Origin: a bacterium
GTDB taxonomy: Bacteria > SZUA-182 > DTGQ01
Length of the DNA: 33,389 bases
Assembly (NCBI GenBank): GCA_040752695.1
Contig: JBFMGO010000064.1
Coordinates: 1 to 33,389, forward strand
Reading direction: 5' to 3'
Shown here piece by piece: positions 1 to 8,377 of the stretch. Both the position numbers and the translations under genes were made by a program. Below the pieces are notes generated by a model, which was given only the letters and a program-made list of their open reading frames with translations, searched no databases and was not told the DNA's origin. How positions within the stretch are numbered: position 1 is the stretch's first letter; every line of letters begins with the position of its first letter.

Positions 1-6
1 GAAAAC

Positions 7-2778
7 ATGAATTTGCACACTGATAACCTACGGGACGAGCAGGTAAAGAAACAATTCGTTAGAACCGACTCCCTGTTAGATCATTATGCCGTTTGCCTCA
101 ACCTGATCAACACGGCTGGTATTGACGCGCGCCTCCTGGCCTGGGTTTTTACCTATGTGCGATTATCCACCATCAAAGAGCTGCGGATATATATGCGGCA
201 TAACTATCAAACCAAAGATATATCCCATATGCAGAGTGAATTGTCGCTGGCCCTCGCCAGAGCATATGCCGGTACATTCTTCTCCCCCGGCCAGGAAGGC
301 TCCTTCTCTTCTTCTTTTCGTTCCCTGCCTGAAGGGAACAGGGCACTGAACCGTGTCCTCATCCGAAATATCATCAATTTCATTCCTCGCGGAGGCGGCA
401 ATGGGGATGAACTGCGGTTATTCATTCTGGATACCATGAGGCGTCACGGCATACGGGAAGGGCACCGGCCCGGCATTGACGACCCGTTTATCGAACAATG
501 GCACCAGAAACTGCACAGCAATTGTACTCCTGAGGATATCACTATCTGCGAAGCGTATATCGCATTCCAGGAAACGAACTCAATTGACCTGTTTTACAGG
601 ACTCTCTGGGAGCGGGGCGGTATATCGAGAGATTTTTTAAGAACCATGGCCCGCCCCTTGACTCATGAGCCCAGGCATATGCCGAACTTGATCCCGGACT
701 TAAAACACCTGCTCTGGATCCTGAAGCAAATTCATGGAGGTTCTCACAATTTTCAATACCTCCTGACAGTATCGAGGTGGCAATTCGATGGAGAATTATT
801 TTCGATGCTGGAGGATGTCAAGAACAATTTCGGTGCCTGGTGGCTGCCGGGGAAAATCGTTGACTGCCGCAACAGATTGAAACAGTATCTCAGGAACAGT
901 GAATGTCCGCGCGATCCACTCATGATCGATGTTGCCCTTGACAATATCTATAAGGCTTCCATAGAGCGAATGGATCTTCGCACTTTGAGTGGGGATGACC
1001 TTATGGCCCTGATCCAGTTGACCCTGCAAAATGTACAGTTGTCCTACGATCATGAGAAGACAACCGCTTGTATCGACTTATGGGAGCGGATAAAATATGC
1101 CCGGGATGCACATGCATGGTCCCCGGAATGGGGATTGCAGGCTTTGGCAGCCCTCAACTATATTCAATTGGCCGTTCAATCCCATACGGATGAACTCCAT
1201 GCATCCATTCAGCCAAAAGCACGGGTAATTGGCGAGTCCTGCGCTGTACCTGAATCCTATATTACGCATTTTGCCGAGGAAGTGATCCGAAGTCAAAGCA
1301 CCTTCTCGCTGTCAAAACTGATCGATGCACTGTTTCCCATGCTATTGAGAACTGCCCGTATCGGCTGCTGGAAAATTATAAGCCAGGGCAGGGGGAGAGC
1401 CACTGGCGTCCTCAGTGGAGCTGATTCCCTCTGCTCGATCCAGGGCACGTCATCAGAAAAACGCCGTATTATGGCAGTGGATAAAGTAGATGGCATCGAG
1501 GAAGTGCCCCCTTGGGTGAGCGCCATTCTCACCATGAGTGATGTCGATATTCTTTCGCACATCTCGATTCGCTGCCGAAGTTCAAACATTTTGCTGTCCA
1601 CCTGTTATGACAGGGAACTGTTTGAAAAGATAAAGATTATTCATGAAGGGAAAAGAGTAACCGTTTCGATTGAGAATAATATGGTTCACTACCGCGAAGC
1701 TGCCTTTGAAGATGCTCAAATCACTGCTCCTGCAAGAAATAGGGCAGGCGGCGCCAACAGCGGCGAGAATCGCAGCAGCAGGGAGTCTGGCTGCGGGAGT
1801 CGCAAGAGCAAAGGTTATGGCAGCGGAGGGTATGGCTCAAAGTCAGGCAATCTGAACAGTTTGCGGGGTAAAGTCTCCGATTTTGTAAAAGTGCCATCTT
1901 CGGCTGTCATACCTTACGAAGTGTTTGAAGAGGCAATTCGTCGAGATCAGGAGTCTTTGATATTAATCAATGAATTAGCATCAGAGCTCTACAGTGAGCC
2001 GGAAAATTACCAATTCATCCTGCCGCGTGTCAGAAGACTGATCCATGATCTTCCTATCCCCGGCGATCTTGTCCGATGCATTCAGGAGGAAATCACCCGG
2101 CAAAAGGATATTATCAGCCACTGGTCAGAATCATTGGAAGAAGGGCTCATCACTCATATCAAAAAAGTGTGGGGTTCGGTATGGAACGAAAGGGCTTACT
2201 TAAGCCACCTCTCGCGGAAGCTCAAGGCCAATCGGATCCGTATGAGAGTGCTTGTCCAAAAGGTTATCCCTGCCGATTATGCCTTTGTCATCCATACTCA
2301 TAACCCGGTATCCAATAAAAAGGATGAAATTCTGGCTGAGATTGTAGTCGGATTAGGTGAAACTCTGGCCGGTAATTCACCTGGATCACCTCTTGGCGTT
2401 ATTTTAACCAAAGGTGAACACAACCACACGCTGCTGTCTTACCCATCCAAGCAGATAGCCTATCTCGCTTCTCATCAGGGTGACTCATGCATCGTCAGGT
2501 CCGATTCAAATGATGAGGACCTGTCCGGTTCTCCAGGGGCCGGCCTGTATGACAGCTATTTTATCCATAAGCCGACTCCTGCACTGGTGCGGTATGATCA
2601 GGAAAGATTATTCTGGGATAAGGGCTTTCAGCGCTTTATGTTCGATTCGATTGCCAGGATAGCTGAAGAGGTCGAAGATATCATGCAGTGCCCGCAGGAT
2701 ATCGAAGCTATTTATGCCAACGGCTCTTTTTACGTGGTCCAAACCCGCAATCAGATTGTGTCGTCCTGTAGTTCATAG
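7..2778 (+). CDS. Alpha-glucan,water dikinase (GWD/R1)-like protein; possibly 5'-truncated by the window edge
   Basis: GWD-type blocks in order: PRGGGNGDELR, EQWHQKLHSNCTPEDITICEAY (nt 499-), GVEE-like DGIEEVP, phospho-His DILSHISIR (His codon 1558-1560), then a PPDK-type nucleotide-binding domain YGSKSGNL...IKKVWGSVWNERAY...VLVQKVIPADYAFVIHTHNP...GLGETL...RSDSNDEDL...GAGLYDS...QDIE...VVQTR. The frame is open back to base 1 (GAA AAC ATG). Confidence 0.88.
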   Translation: MNLHTDNLRDEQVKKQFVRTDSLLDHYAVCLNLINTAGIDARLLAWVFTYVRLSTIKELRIYMRHNYQTKDISHMQSELSLALARAYAGTFFSPGQEGSFSSSFRSLPEGNRALNRVLIRNIINFIPRGGGNGDELRLFILDTMRRHGIREGHRPGIDDPFIEQWHQKLHSNCTPEDITICEAYIAFQETNSIDLFYRTLWERGGISRDFLRTMARPLTHEPRHMPNLIPDLKHLLWILKQIHGGSHNFQYLLTVSRWQFDGELFSMLEDVKNNFGAWWLPGKIVDCRNRLKQYLRNSECPRDPLMIDVALDNIYKASIERMDLRTLSGDDLMALIQLTLQNVQLSYDHEKTTACIDLWERIKYARDAHAWSPEWGLQALAALNYIQLAVQSHTDELHASIQPKARVIGESCAVPESYITHFAEEVIRSQSTFSLSKLIDALFPMLLRTARIGCWKIISQGRGRATGVLSGADSLCSIQGTSSEKRRIMAVDKVDGIEEVPPWVSAILTMSDVDILSHISIRCRSSNILLSTCYDRELFEKIKIIHEGKRVTVSIENNMVHYREAAFEDAQITAPARNRAGGANSGENRSSRESGCGSRKSKGYGSGGYGSKSGNLNSLRGKVSDFVKVPSSAVIPYEVFEEAIRRDQESLILINELASELYSEPENYQFILPRVRRLIHDLPIPGDLVRCIQEEITRQKDIISHWSESLEEGLITHIKKVWGSVWNERAYLSHLSRKLKANRIRMRVLVQKVIPADYAFVIHTHNPVSNKKDEILAEIVVGLGETLAGNSPGSPLGVILTKGEHNHTLLSYPSKQIAYLASHQGDSCIVRSDSNDEDLSGSPGAGLYDSYFIHKPTPALVRYDQERLFWDKGFQRFMFDSIARIAEEVEDIMQCPQDIEAIYANGSFYVVQTRNQIVSSCSS

Positions 2779-2854
2779 AAGCTGATACCGTGCAACTCAT
2801 AGAGCACATAAGGCCATTAAGCCAGTAAAGTGGATATCCTGTACAGGTTAAGCG

Positions 2855-2882
2855 AGGCGGCCAACTGCCGCCTTATTTTTTT
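2855..2882 (+). terminator. Rho-independent terminator after the GWD-like gene
   Basis: AGGCGGC-caact-GCCGCCT stem followed by TATTTTTTT. Confidence 0.75.
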
Positions 2883-2887
2883 GGCCT

Positions 2888-3073
2888 TCAACTGGAGATG
2901 GAACACTGATTCAGAAAGTTTTTTCCTTTCCGGAAAAAACTCCCGAATGCGGACATTCTCTTTTCCGTTTTCGATGAGCCGCACTTTGGACACTGTGGAG
3001 CGGTATCTTTCTCATTCAGAAGCGACCCGAATTCTGCACCGCATTCCTGGCAGTGAAACTCATATAACGGCAT
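2888..3073 (-). CDS. FmdB-family zinc-ribbon regulatory protein (61 aa)
   Basis: MPLYEFHCQECG...CPKCGS...KRMSAF signature; AAGGAG SD upstream of ATG 3073. Confidence 0.9.
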   Translation of the reverse strand: MPLYEFHCQECGAEFGSLLNEKDTAPQCPKCGSSKTEKRMSAFGSFFRKGKNFLNQCSISS

Positions 3074-3130
3074 GATTTTCTTTCTCCTTTCGTTCTCAAG
3101 GGGTGTATAAAAACAGGACTCTTTCATTTT

Positions 3131-3159
3131 GTTTTACCTTAATAACTCTCATCTGTCAA
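3131..3159 (-). promoter_or_regulatory. Putative sigma70 promoter of the zinc-ribbon gene
   Basis: TTGACA-17 bp-TAAAAC on the minus strand; weak -10. Confidence 0.4.
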
Positions 3160-3534
3160 GACGGTAAGCAGGTCTCTCATCATTCACAGTGAACAGACAA
3201 GATACCAGTAATTTCATTTCCGAGAGTCTGTCCGAGAACAGGGGCTTTAAAATTTTAGCTACAATATGTTGTATTCAAAGACAAAACTTAATACCGTATA
3301 AGGAAGTAAAGAGCATAATGTAAATATCATTTTCGTAATAAGAAATCTTATATATCGTCTTATGAAAATAAAGCTGTACATAAATCCCCCCTCCTCAGTC
3401 CAGAAATAAAGAGGTAGTAAAAAAGGCAGGTGTTGCGATCGTAATAATGTGAAGAAATTAAGGACTTCGGGAAGTACAATCTGTTTTTTACCGATGAATC
3501 ATGTCTAAATTCTTCACCCTGAGGAGGTTAATGA

Positions 3535-5595
3535 ATGAAACGCTTTAACAAGATCGTTATTATTACCTGCTTTTTCGTTTTTTCTTTATTCTTCCTTTCC
3601 CTGTCAGCTCAATGTCAATGGTCTCCAACTATTAACATTAATCTCAATTTTTACGGTTTCCCTGGAAGTTTCCCTTCCTCTGACAGCTATTGGCAGCCAA
3701 ACAGCAGCCAGCAAATTCCTCAATATGGCGGCCTGGTTACCGGAACTCCTTATGTTCCACCCGGAACCCCTTATATGTACACTGGAGGGTATTATTCACC
3801 CTCCACATCTGCTATTTACACACCAGTCTCCATGCCTGCTTCCACACCCGTTTCCACATCTGGTTATACACCTGTTTCCACATCTGGTTACACCCCTGTC
3901 TATGCTCCTGCTCCATCTCAATACATAACGTATACTCCCCCTTCTTCTGATGCAATGCGACTGGCAGCAGCCAGGATCAGCCTTATAAGGGCAACTTCCG
4001 ATAATAGCGGATATCTTTATCTGCTGATTTCGGAAGTAAATGGAGAAAACAGGTCGGGATTGGCAATTCTTGAGCCTTCCGGTTCTGATACTTATCGATA
4101 TCTTTCCCATATCGTTTTATCCGAGGGATATTGGTACAATCAGGGGGAATCATCATTACCGAGGAAGATCGTTATCAAAGATAACCTGGCCATAATTGGC
4201 GGGGAAGATCTGGGCATGATATATTTCGTAGATATCACCCATAAGGATAATCCTCAGCTCATCAACAAAGTAATTCTTGCTGACAACGAGGATCACGGTG
4301 TAGATAGAGTACTGGATATAGCGGTTGAAAACGAAGTGCTGTTTGTATGTATCGAAGATCTGGATGGTCTTACCGATGATCACCAATATATGGTCCATGC
4401 CCTTGATATCTCAGATCCTGAGAAAGTGACTAAAGAGAATGGGGTACTTGGTTCTTACACGGTGGATAAGGACTACAAAGTTTATGGGATGATTTCGGCA
4501 TCAGGATACCTTTATCTTTCAGGCAAGAAATGTGTCCAGGATGACTATGGCCTGTCAATTCATATAATTAATTCCTCAGACCCGAAAAATCTTGCTTTAG
4601 TCAAGGTCATCGATGACTTGGGTGCTCCGCCGGCAAGTGAGCCGGAGATAAATGTAGGGGTGATTGAAGGAGATCATCTTTTTACCATAGTCGGGGCTGG
4701 AGAAGACCTGGGGCCGCTGGTCGATGGTGAGTTTCAGCTAAAAATTTTTGATGTCAGTGACCCCGCTCTTCCACAGCTCGTGTCTACTTCCAAAAAACTG
4801 ACCGGTGGTCAAATATTGGGCAGCAACGGCATGGTGATCAGGGATAATTACGCTTATGTCCCGGCGACTACGTTTAGCCCCCGGAGAACGAAAGTCTATG
4901 TTTTCGACGTATCTGATCTGATGAACCTCGATTTAGTGGATCTCACTGAAAACGCTTATGGTTTCGGGCTAAACCTGTATTTTGCCGATGATGACAAACT
5001 ATTTCTTGTCACTGATGAGACGATAAAAATTTTTGACATAAAAAATCCGGAAAATTTGCCGGTGGCCAAGACCGTGGATGTCATAAAGATTCTGGAAGAC
5101 GGACTTAAGGATTGGGGGTCTGCTTATCCTGGATATGCGGGTATACCAGGTGGGCTGTACGGCGGCAGCAGCTTTATCGGTGGTTTATATCCATCATTGT
5201 ATGGCGGTACATACCCAACCGGCATGCCCTATGGCATGTCCTATGCTGCGTACGGCACTGGCACTGTCGCTGGTCAATCCGTGTATGGGACAACAGGCGT
5301 TCCTTATTCCAACCCAGCCTATAGTGTGGTTCTTCCTTCCAGCTCTTCTGCCGCAGGCAGCCTTCCCGGGGATCCTGAGTATATGAGCGGTGGAGCTTCT
5401 GCTCAAGTTCCTTTTTATGGAACGGGCCAGTATCAATATCCTCCTGAAAATCCGGCGCCAGGTGCGGCCTCTCCGGATGTCCCCGGTTCACCAGGCTCTG
5501 ATTCTCATGCCATGAACCTGGATGTCAACGGGGACGGCATGGTCACTCCGGCGGATGCTCTATTTATTTTCCAAAAATATCTGGAAATTCCCTAA
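3535..5595 (+). CDS. Secreted LVIVD-repeat (beta-propeller-like) protein with Tyr/Ser/Pro/Gly-rich arms and a C-terminal dockerin-like motif
   Basis: Signal peptide; GAGGAGG SD; repeats such as IYFVDITHKDNPQL, HALDISDPEK, LKIFDVSDPALPQLV, IKIFDIKNPENL; C-terminal DVNGDGMVTPADALFIFQKYL. Confidence 0.85.
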   Translation: MKRFNKIVIITCFFVFSLFFLSLSAQCQWSPTININLNFYGFPGSFPSSDSYWQPNSSQQIPQYGGLVTGTPYVPPGTPYMYTGGYYSPSTSAIYTPVSMPASTPVSTSGYTPVSTSGYTPVYAPAPSQYITYTPPSSDAMRLAAARISLIRATSDNSGYLYLLISEVNGENRSGLAILEPSGSDTYRYLSHIVLSEGYWYNQGESSLPRKIVIKDNLAIIGGEDLGMIYFVDITHKDNPQLINKVILADNEDHGVDRVLDIAVENEVLFVCIEDLDGLTDDHQYMVHALDISDPEKVTKENGVLGSYTVDKDYKVYGMISASGYLYLSGKKCVQDDYGLSIHIINSSDPKNLALVKVIDDLGAPPASEPEINVGVIEGDHLFTIVGAGEDLGPLVDGEFQLKIFDVSDPALPQLVSTSKKLTGGQILGSNGMVIRDNYAYVPATTFSPRRTKVYVFDVSDLMNLDLVDLTENAYGFGLNLYFADDDKLFLVTDETIKIFDIKNPENLPVAKTVDVIKILEDGLKDWGSAYPGYAGIPGGLYGGSSFIGGLYPSLYGGTYPTGMPYGMSYAAYGTGTVAGQSVYGTTGVPYSNPAYSVVLPSSSSAAGSLPGDPEYMSGGASAQVPFYGTGQYQYPPENPAPGAASPDVPGSPGSDSHAMNLDVNGDGMVTPADALFIFQKYLEIP
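3820..3900 (+). repeat. 24-bp coding tandem repeat (TPVSTSGY-like, about 3.4 copies)
   Basis: acaccagtctccatgcctgcttcc / acacccgtttccacatctggttat / acacctgtttccacatctggttac / acccctgtc. Confidence 0.85.
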
Positions 5596-5738
5596 TCGTT
5601 TTTAACCGCAGGTGAGTTCTCGTTTACTTATTATCACCTGCCCAATCATAATACACAGCGGAATTTCCATTCTGTCGAAAAGCCCCCTCACCCTGTTGAG
5701 GTGGGGGGATAACTTGACTATTTAAAGGAGGTTAAGCA

Positions 5739-6647
5739 ATGAAACGCATGCATAAGATCGACGCCATTATGAGCTTTTTTGTTATTTCCTTATTCCTCTT
5801 CCTTGCCTCTCCATCCCAGGCATATTATTCGCTGGCGACTGCACAATCATCTGTACAATCATATGCACAACCGTATTATTCATCACCATCTCCACAATCG
5901 TATTATTCGCTGCCATCTATCAACATTAACATAAATTTTTATGGATTTCCCGGAAGCAATCCTTACTATAGCCAGCCAGCATCTCAATATGGTGCTTATT
6001 ATTACCTGCCTGGTTATGCATATCCACCGAACAGCCAATACTATTCACCCCAAAGATACCCGGCATCATCTGGTCAGCCTGGTGGATTTGCCATGGGCAA
6101 CAGTCAATATTACTCTGGCTATGGTTATTCTCCATCACAACCCTATGGTACAGGTTATCCCTATGGCCCAGGTTATCAAACTGCACCTGCCACATCCCGG
6201 TCTTCCTTTGATCCTTCCTCACCTTATGGATTTGGGTATGATCCATTCGCCTCGGCTTCCCCCTTAACTTCCAATCCTTATCAACAAATGCAATCACAAT
6301 TCAAAGATACTGATATATCAATATCTTACAGCAACAAAGGGGACAATGTAAACCTTCACGCAGGAGAAACCCTCAGTATTGTTTTGCCATCAAACCCTGA
6401 TGCAGGCTGCAAATGGTACCTCGACACCGATAAACTCGATAGTAAGATAATTGCCAAAGAGAGCGATGAATTCTTTCCAGGATATCCATTCAGTTCCAGC
6501 ACGGCATTCGGATTTACCGGCGCACATGATCAATGGATCTTCAAGGCCATAGCTCCGGGTACTACTGTTGTGAGGTTAGAAATCAAGGAGTCAGAGAGCA
6601 GCCGTGCTCTGGACGTCTATGAGGTGGAAGTCACGGTTGCGGATTAA
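5739..6647 (+). CDS. Secreted Tyr/Ser/Pro/Gln-rich protein with a C-terminal I42 (chagasin-like) protease inhibitor domain
   Basis: Signal peptide similar to the upstream gene; AAGGAGG SD; C-terminal GETLSIVLPSNPDAGCKW...QWIFKAIAPGTTVVRL resembles the I42 NP(T/S)TGYxW...F(K/R)AxxxG pattern. Confidence 0.8.
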   Translation: MKRMHKIDAIMSFFVISLFLFLASPSQAYYSLATAQSSVQSYAQPYYSSPSPQSYYSLPSINININFYGFPGSNPYYSQPASQYGAYYYLPGYAYPPNSQYYSPQRYPASSGQPGGFAMGNSQYYSGYGYSPSQPYGTGYPYGPGYQTAPATSRSSFDPSSPYGFGYDPFASASPLTSNPYQQMQSQFKDTDISISYSNKGDNVNLHAGETLSIVLPSNPDAGCKWYLDTDKLDSKIIAKESDEFFPGYPFSSSTAFGFTGAHDQWIFKAIAPGTTVVRLEIKESESSRALDVYEVEVTVAD

Positions 6648-6705
6648 CGCATTCGTTTTACAAGTTAATGCATTCGTTTTACAAGTTAATGCATTCGTTA
6701 TCAAG
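6644..6705. repeat. 21-bp tandem repeat x3 overlapping the stop codon
   Basis: ttaacgcattcgttttacaag / ttaatgcattcgttttacaag / ttaatgcattcgttatcaag. Confidence 0.9.
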
Positions 6706-6720
6706 GTGACAGGCATTATG

Positions 6721-6756
6721 AGAAAGGCAGGGCTGGTAATGGCCCTGCCTTTCTTC
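6721..6756 (+). terminator. Terminator hairpin
   Basis: AGAAAGGCAGGGC-tggtaatg-GCCCTGCCTTTCT (13-bp stem). Confidence 0.75.
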
Positions 6757-6781
6757 GGTCACCATTGAGACAGGCAGCCTG

Positions 6782-6841
6782 AAAAAAAGAAAGGGGTGAG
6801 GGGAGCAGGAGGTTTTCCTCATCCCTGCTCCCTCACCCCTT
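6782..6841 (-). terminator. Terminator for the porin/diheme operon
   Basis: Long stem aaggggtgag(g)ggagcagg...cctgctccctcacccctt, with an A-tract at 6782-6788 that reads as a U-tract on the minus strand. Confidence 0.7.
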
Positions 6842-6892
6842 ATGTTATCGTCATCCGGGATGTTTTATCATCATCCCCGGGATCTTTCATCT

Positions 6893-8254
6893 TTAATCCA
6901 AACAGGAAGGCTGTCCCAGGTAGTTCTGAAACAAACAAAGAGCATCCGAGGGAGTAACAATGCCATCGCCATTGATATCGGCGCAATAAGAACAGGTGGC
7001 TGCATTCAGGTAGCACCTGAACGCAAGCTGGGCATCGTTGGGCGTGACCTTTCCATCTCCATTGAGGTCTCTATTACACGTGGTGGGGGGATTCGTATTG
7101 GTGGGGGGATTCACATCCTCAATGGCCCCGTATATAATGATTTTTCCCTGGTCCACGTAATTCCAGCCTGCCTCCAGAATGTCGATGTCGGTAGTCCCTT
7201 CCGGCAGAGGCTCTACTTTGATAATAGTCACCGAACGGGCGGAAGACCCAGCATTATGATCCCAGTCGTAATCGTACGGCCATATTACATTCTGATTTCC
7301 GGAGGTTGAGGATTGATCCGGAGGGCTCGGAATTTTTTGAGGCGGGACTAATCGATACGGCCCCTCACCATCCAGTTTATTTTCATTGGTAAGGATACCA
7401 GGGGTTAAATACGCTCCATCCCGTTTGATGGCCAGGATCATCTTGAGGCCGTCCTTGACAAAGATAGGATCATTGTGGTTTCGGCCGATACAAGAGAATG
7501 CACTGTAATCACACCATCCGCCAAAGGCTGCATCCGCCTCGGAATTGTACTGAAAGATTGATGAAGGATAGGTGCCTTTCACATGGTAGAGTTCCGGGTC
7601 AGGATCATATTCCAGGGGGTAATAATTCAGCCAACCGTCAGGGGCGTATATCTTGATGCCTGTGGCTGTATTCAGCATGCCGGCGTCATGGAGCAAATCC
7701 TCCATGGGTACACCGCTATACTCGGCATAGAAGTCCCCTGACCGGGAGGTATTCATCAAAAGGAACTGGGTGTGCTGAGGCATTGCCTCCAATTGGGCTT
7801 TGGTATAAACACGAAAAGGGGCGACTTTTTTGGTGGGGTCATCAGCGGCATCTCCAGGGAACCGGTCTGCCGCGATCTCCTCTTTATTCGTAAAGCCGTC
7901 CCCATCAGAATCCAGGTTTTCGATGGCCTTTATGGCATTAGAATTTCGACCATTATCGTGATAAGCTTTTCCATAGGCGTTCATGGTATGAAGGATATTT
8001 CCGCTGCCGTTATATCCATAGGAATAGTGGCACCACTGGCAACTTCCAAGGTTTACCATCTGCCCTTTTTTTTCGTATTGCCCGCCACTGTGACACAAAG
8101 CACAGTGATCGAGTTTAGTTCCTGTCTTATCAGGATAAACTGCTAAAAATTTGTCCGAGTCCTTTTCCCCCATATGGTGGTAAGCCGGAAAGGCTATAGA
8201 AGAGGTCAATGCCAAAATTGCAAGGATGCTCATAACGATAAATTTCTTCCTCAT
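6893..8254 (-). CDS. Secreted GEGP-motif diheme c-type protein with a molybdopterin-oxidoreductase-like region and C-terminal dockerin
   Basis: Signal peptide; CALCH and CQWCH; DSDGDG Ca-loop; YSGVPMEDLL...YAPDGW...MILAIKRDG...DGEGPYRLVPPQ; PT linker; DLNGDGKVTPNDA and DINGDGIVTPSDA. Confidence 0.85.
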   Translation of the reverse strand: MRKKFIVMSILAILALTSSIAFPAYHHMGEKDSDKFLAVYPDKTGTKLDHCALCHSGGQYEKKGQMVNLGSCQWCHYSYGYNGSGNILHTMNAYGKAYHDNGRNSNAIKAIENLDSDGDGFTNKEEIAADRFPGDAADDPTKKVAPFRVYTKAQLEAMPQHTQFLLMNTSRSGDFYAEYSGVPMEDLLHDAGMLNTATGIKIYAPDGWLNYYPLEYDPDPELYHVKGTYPSSIFQYNSEADAAFGGWCDYSAFSCIGRNHNDPIFVKDGLKMILAIKRDGAYLTPGILTNENKLDGEGPYRLVPPQKIPSPPDQSSTSGNQNVIWPYDYDWDHNAGSSARSVTIIKVEPLPEGTTDIDILEAGWNYVDQGKIIIYGAIEDVNPPTNTNPPTTCNRDLNGDGKVTPNDAQLAFRCYLNAATCSYCADINGDGIVTPSDALCLFQNYLGQPSCLD

Positions 8255-8285
8255 TTCTTTCTCCTTCCTTCCTTTATTGCTTATG

Positions 8286-8361
8286 TTACCCTTTACTTCT
8301 TGCTTTACCCATTACTTCTTGTTTTACCCTGTATTTTTTGCTTTACCCTTTATTTCTTACT
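8286..8361. repeat. 19-bp degenerate tandem repeat x4 in the intercistronic region
   Basis: ttaccctttacttcttgct / ttacccattacttcttgtt / ttaccctgtattttttgct / ttaccctttatttcttact. Confidence 0.85.
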
Positions 8362-8377
8362 CTTAACTATTTTATCC

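Noticed and set aside
7..2778. Annotation as PEP synthase or pyruvate,phosphate dikinase
   Set aside because: The domain order is reversed, there is no PEP/pyruvate-binding barrel, and the GWD-specific WHQKLH region is present.
6644..6705. Possible CRISPR array (also considered for 8286-8361)
   Set aside because: The units are contiguous with no spacers, and no cas genes are present.
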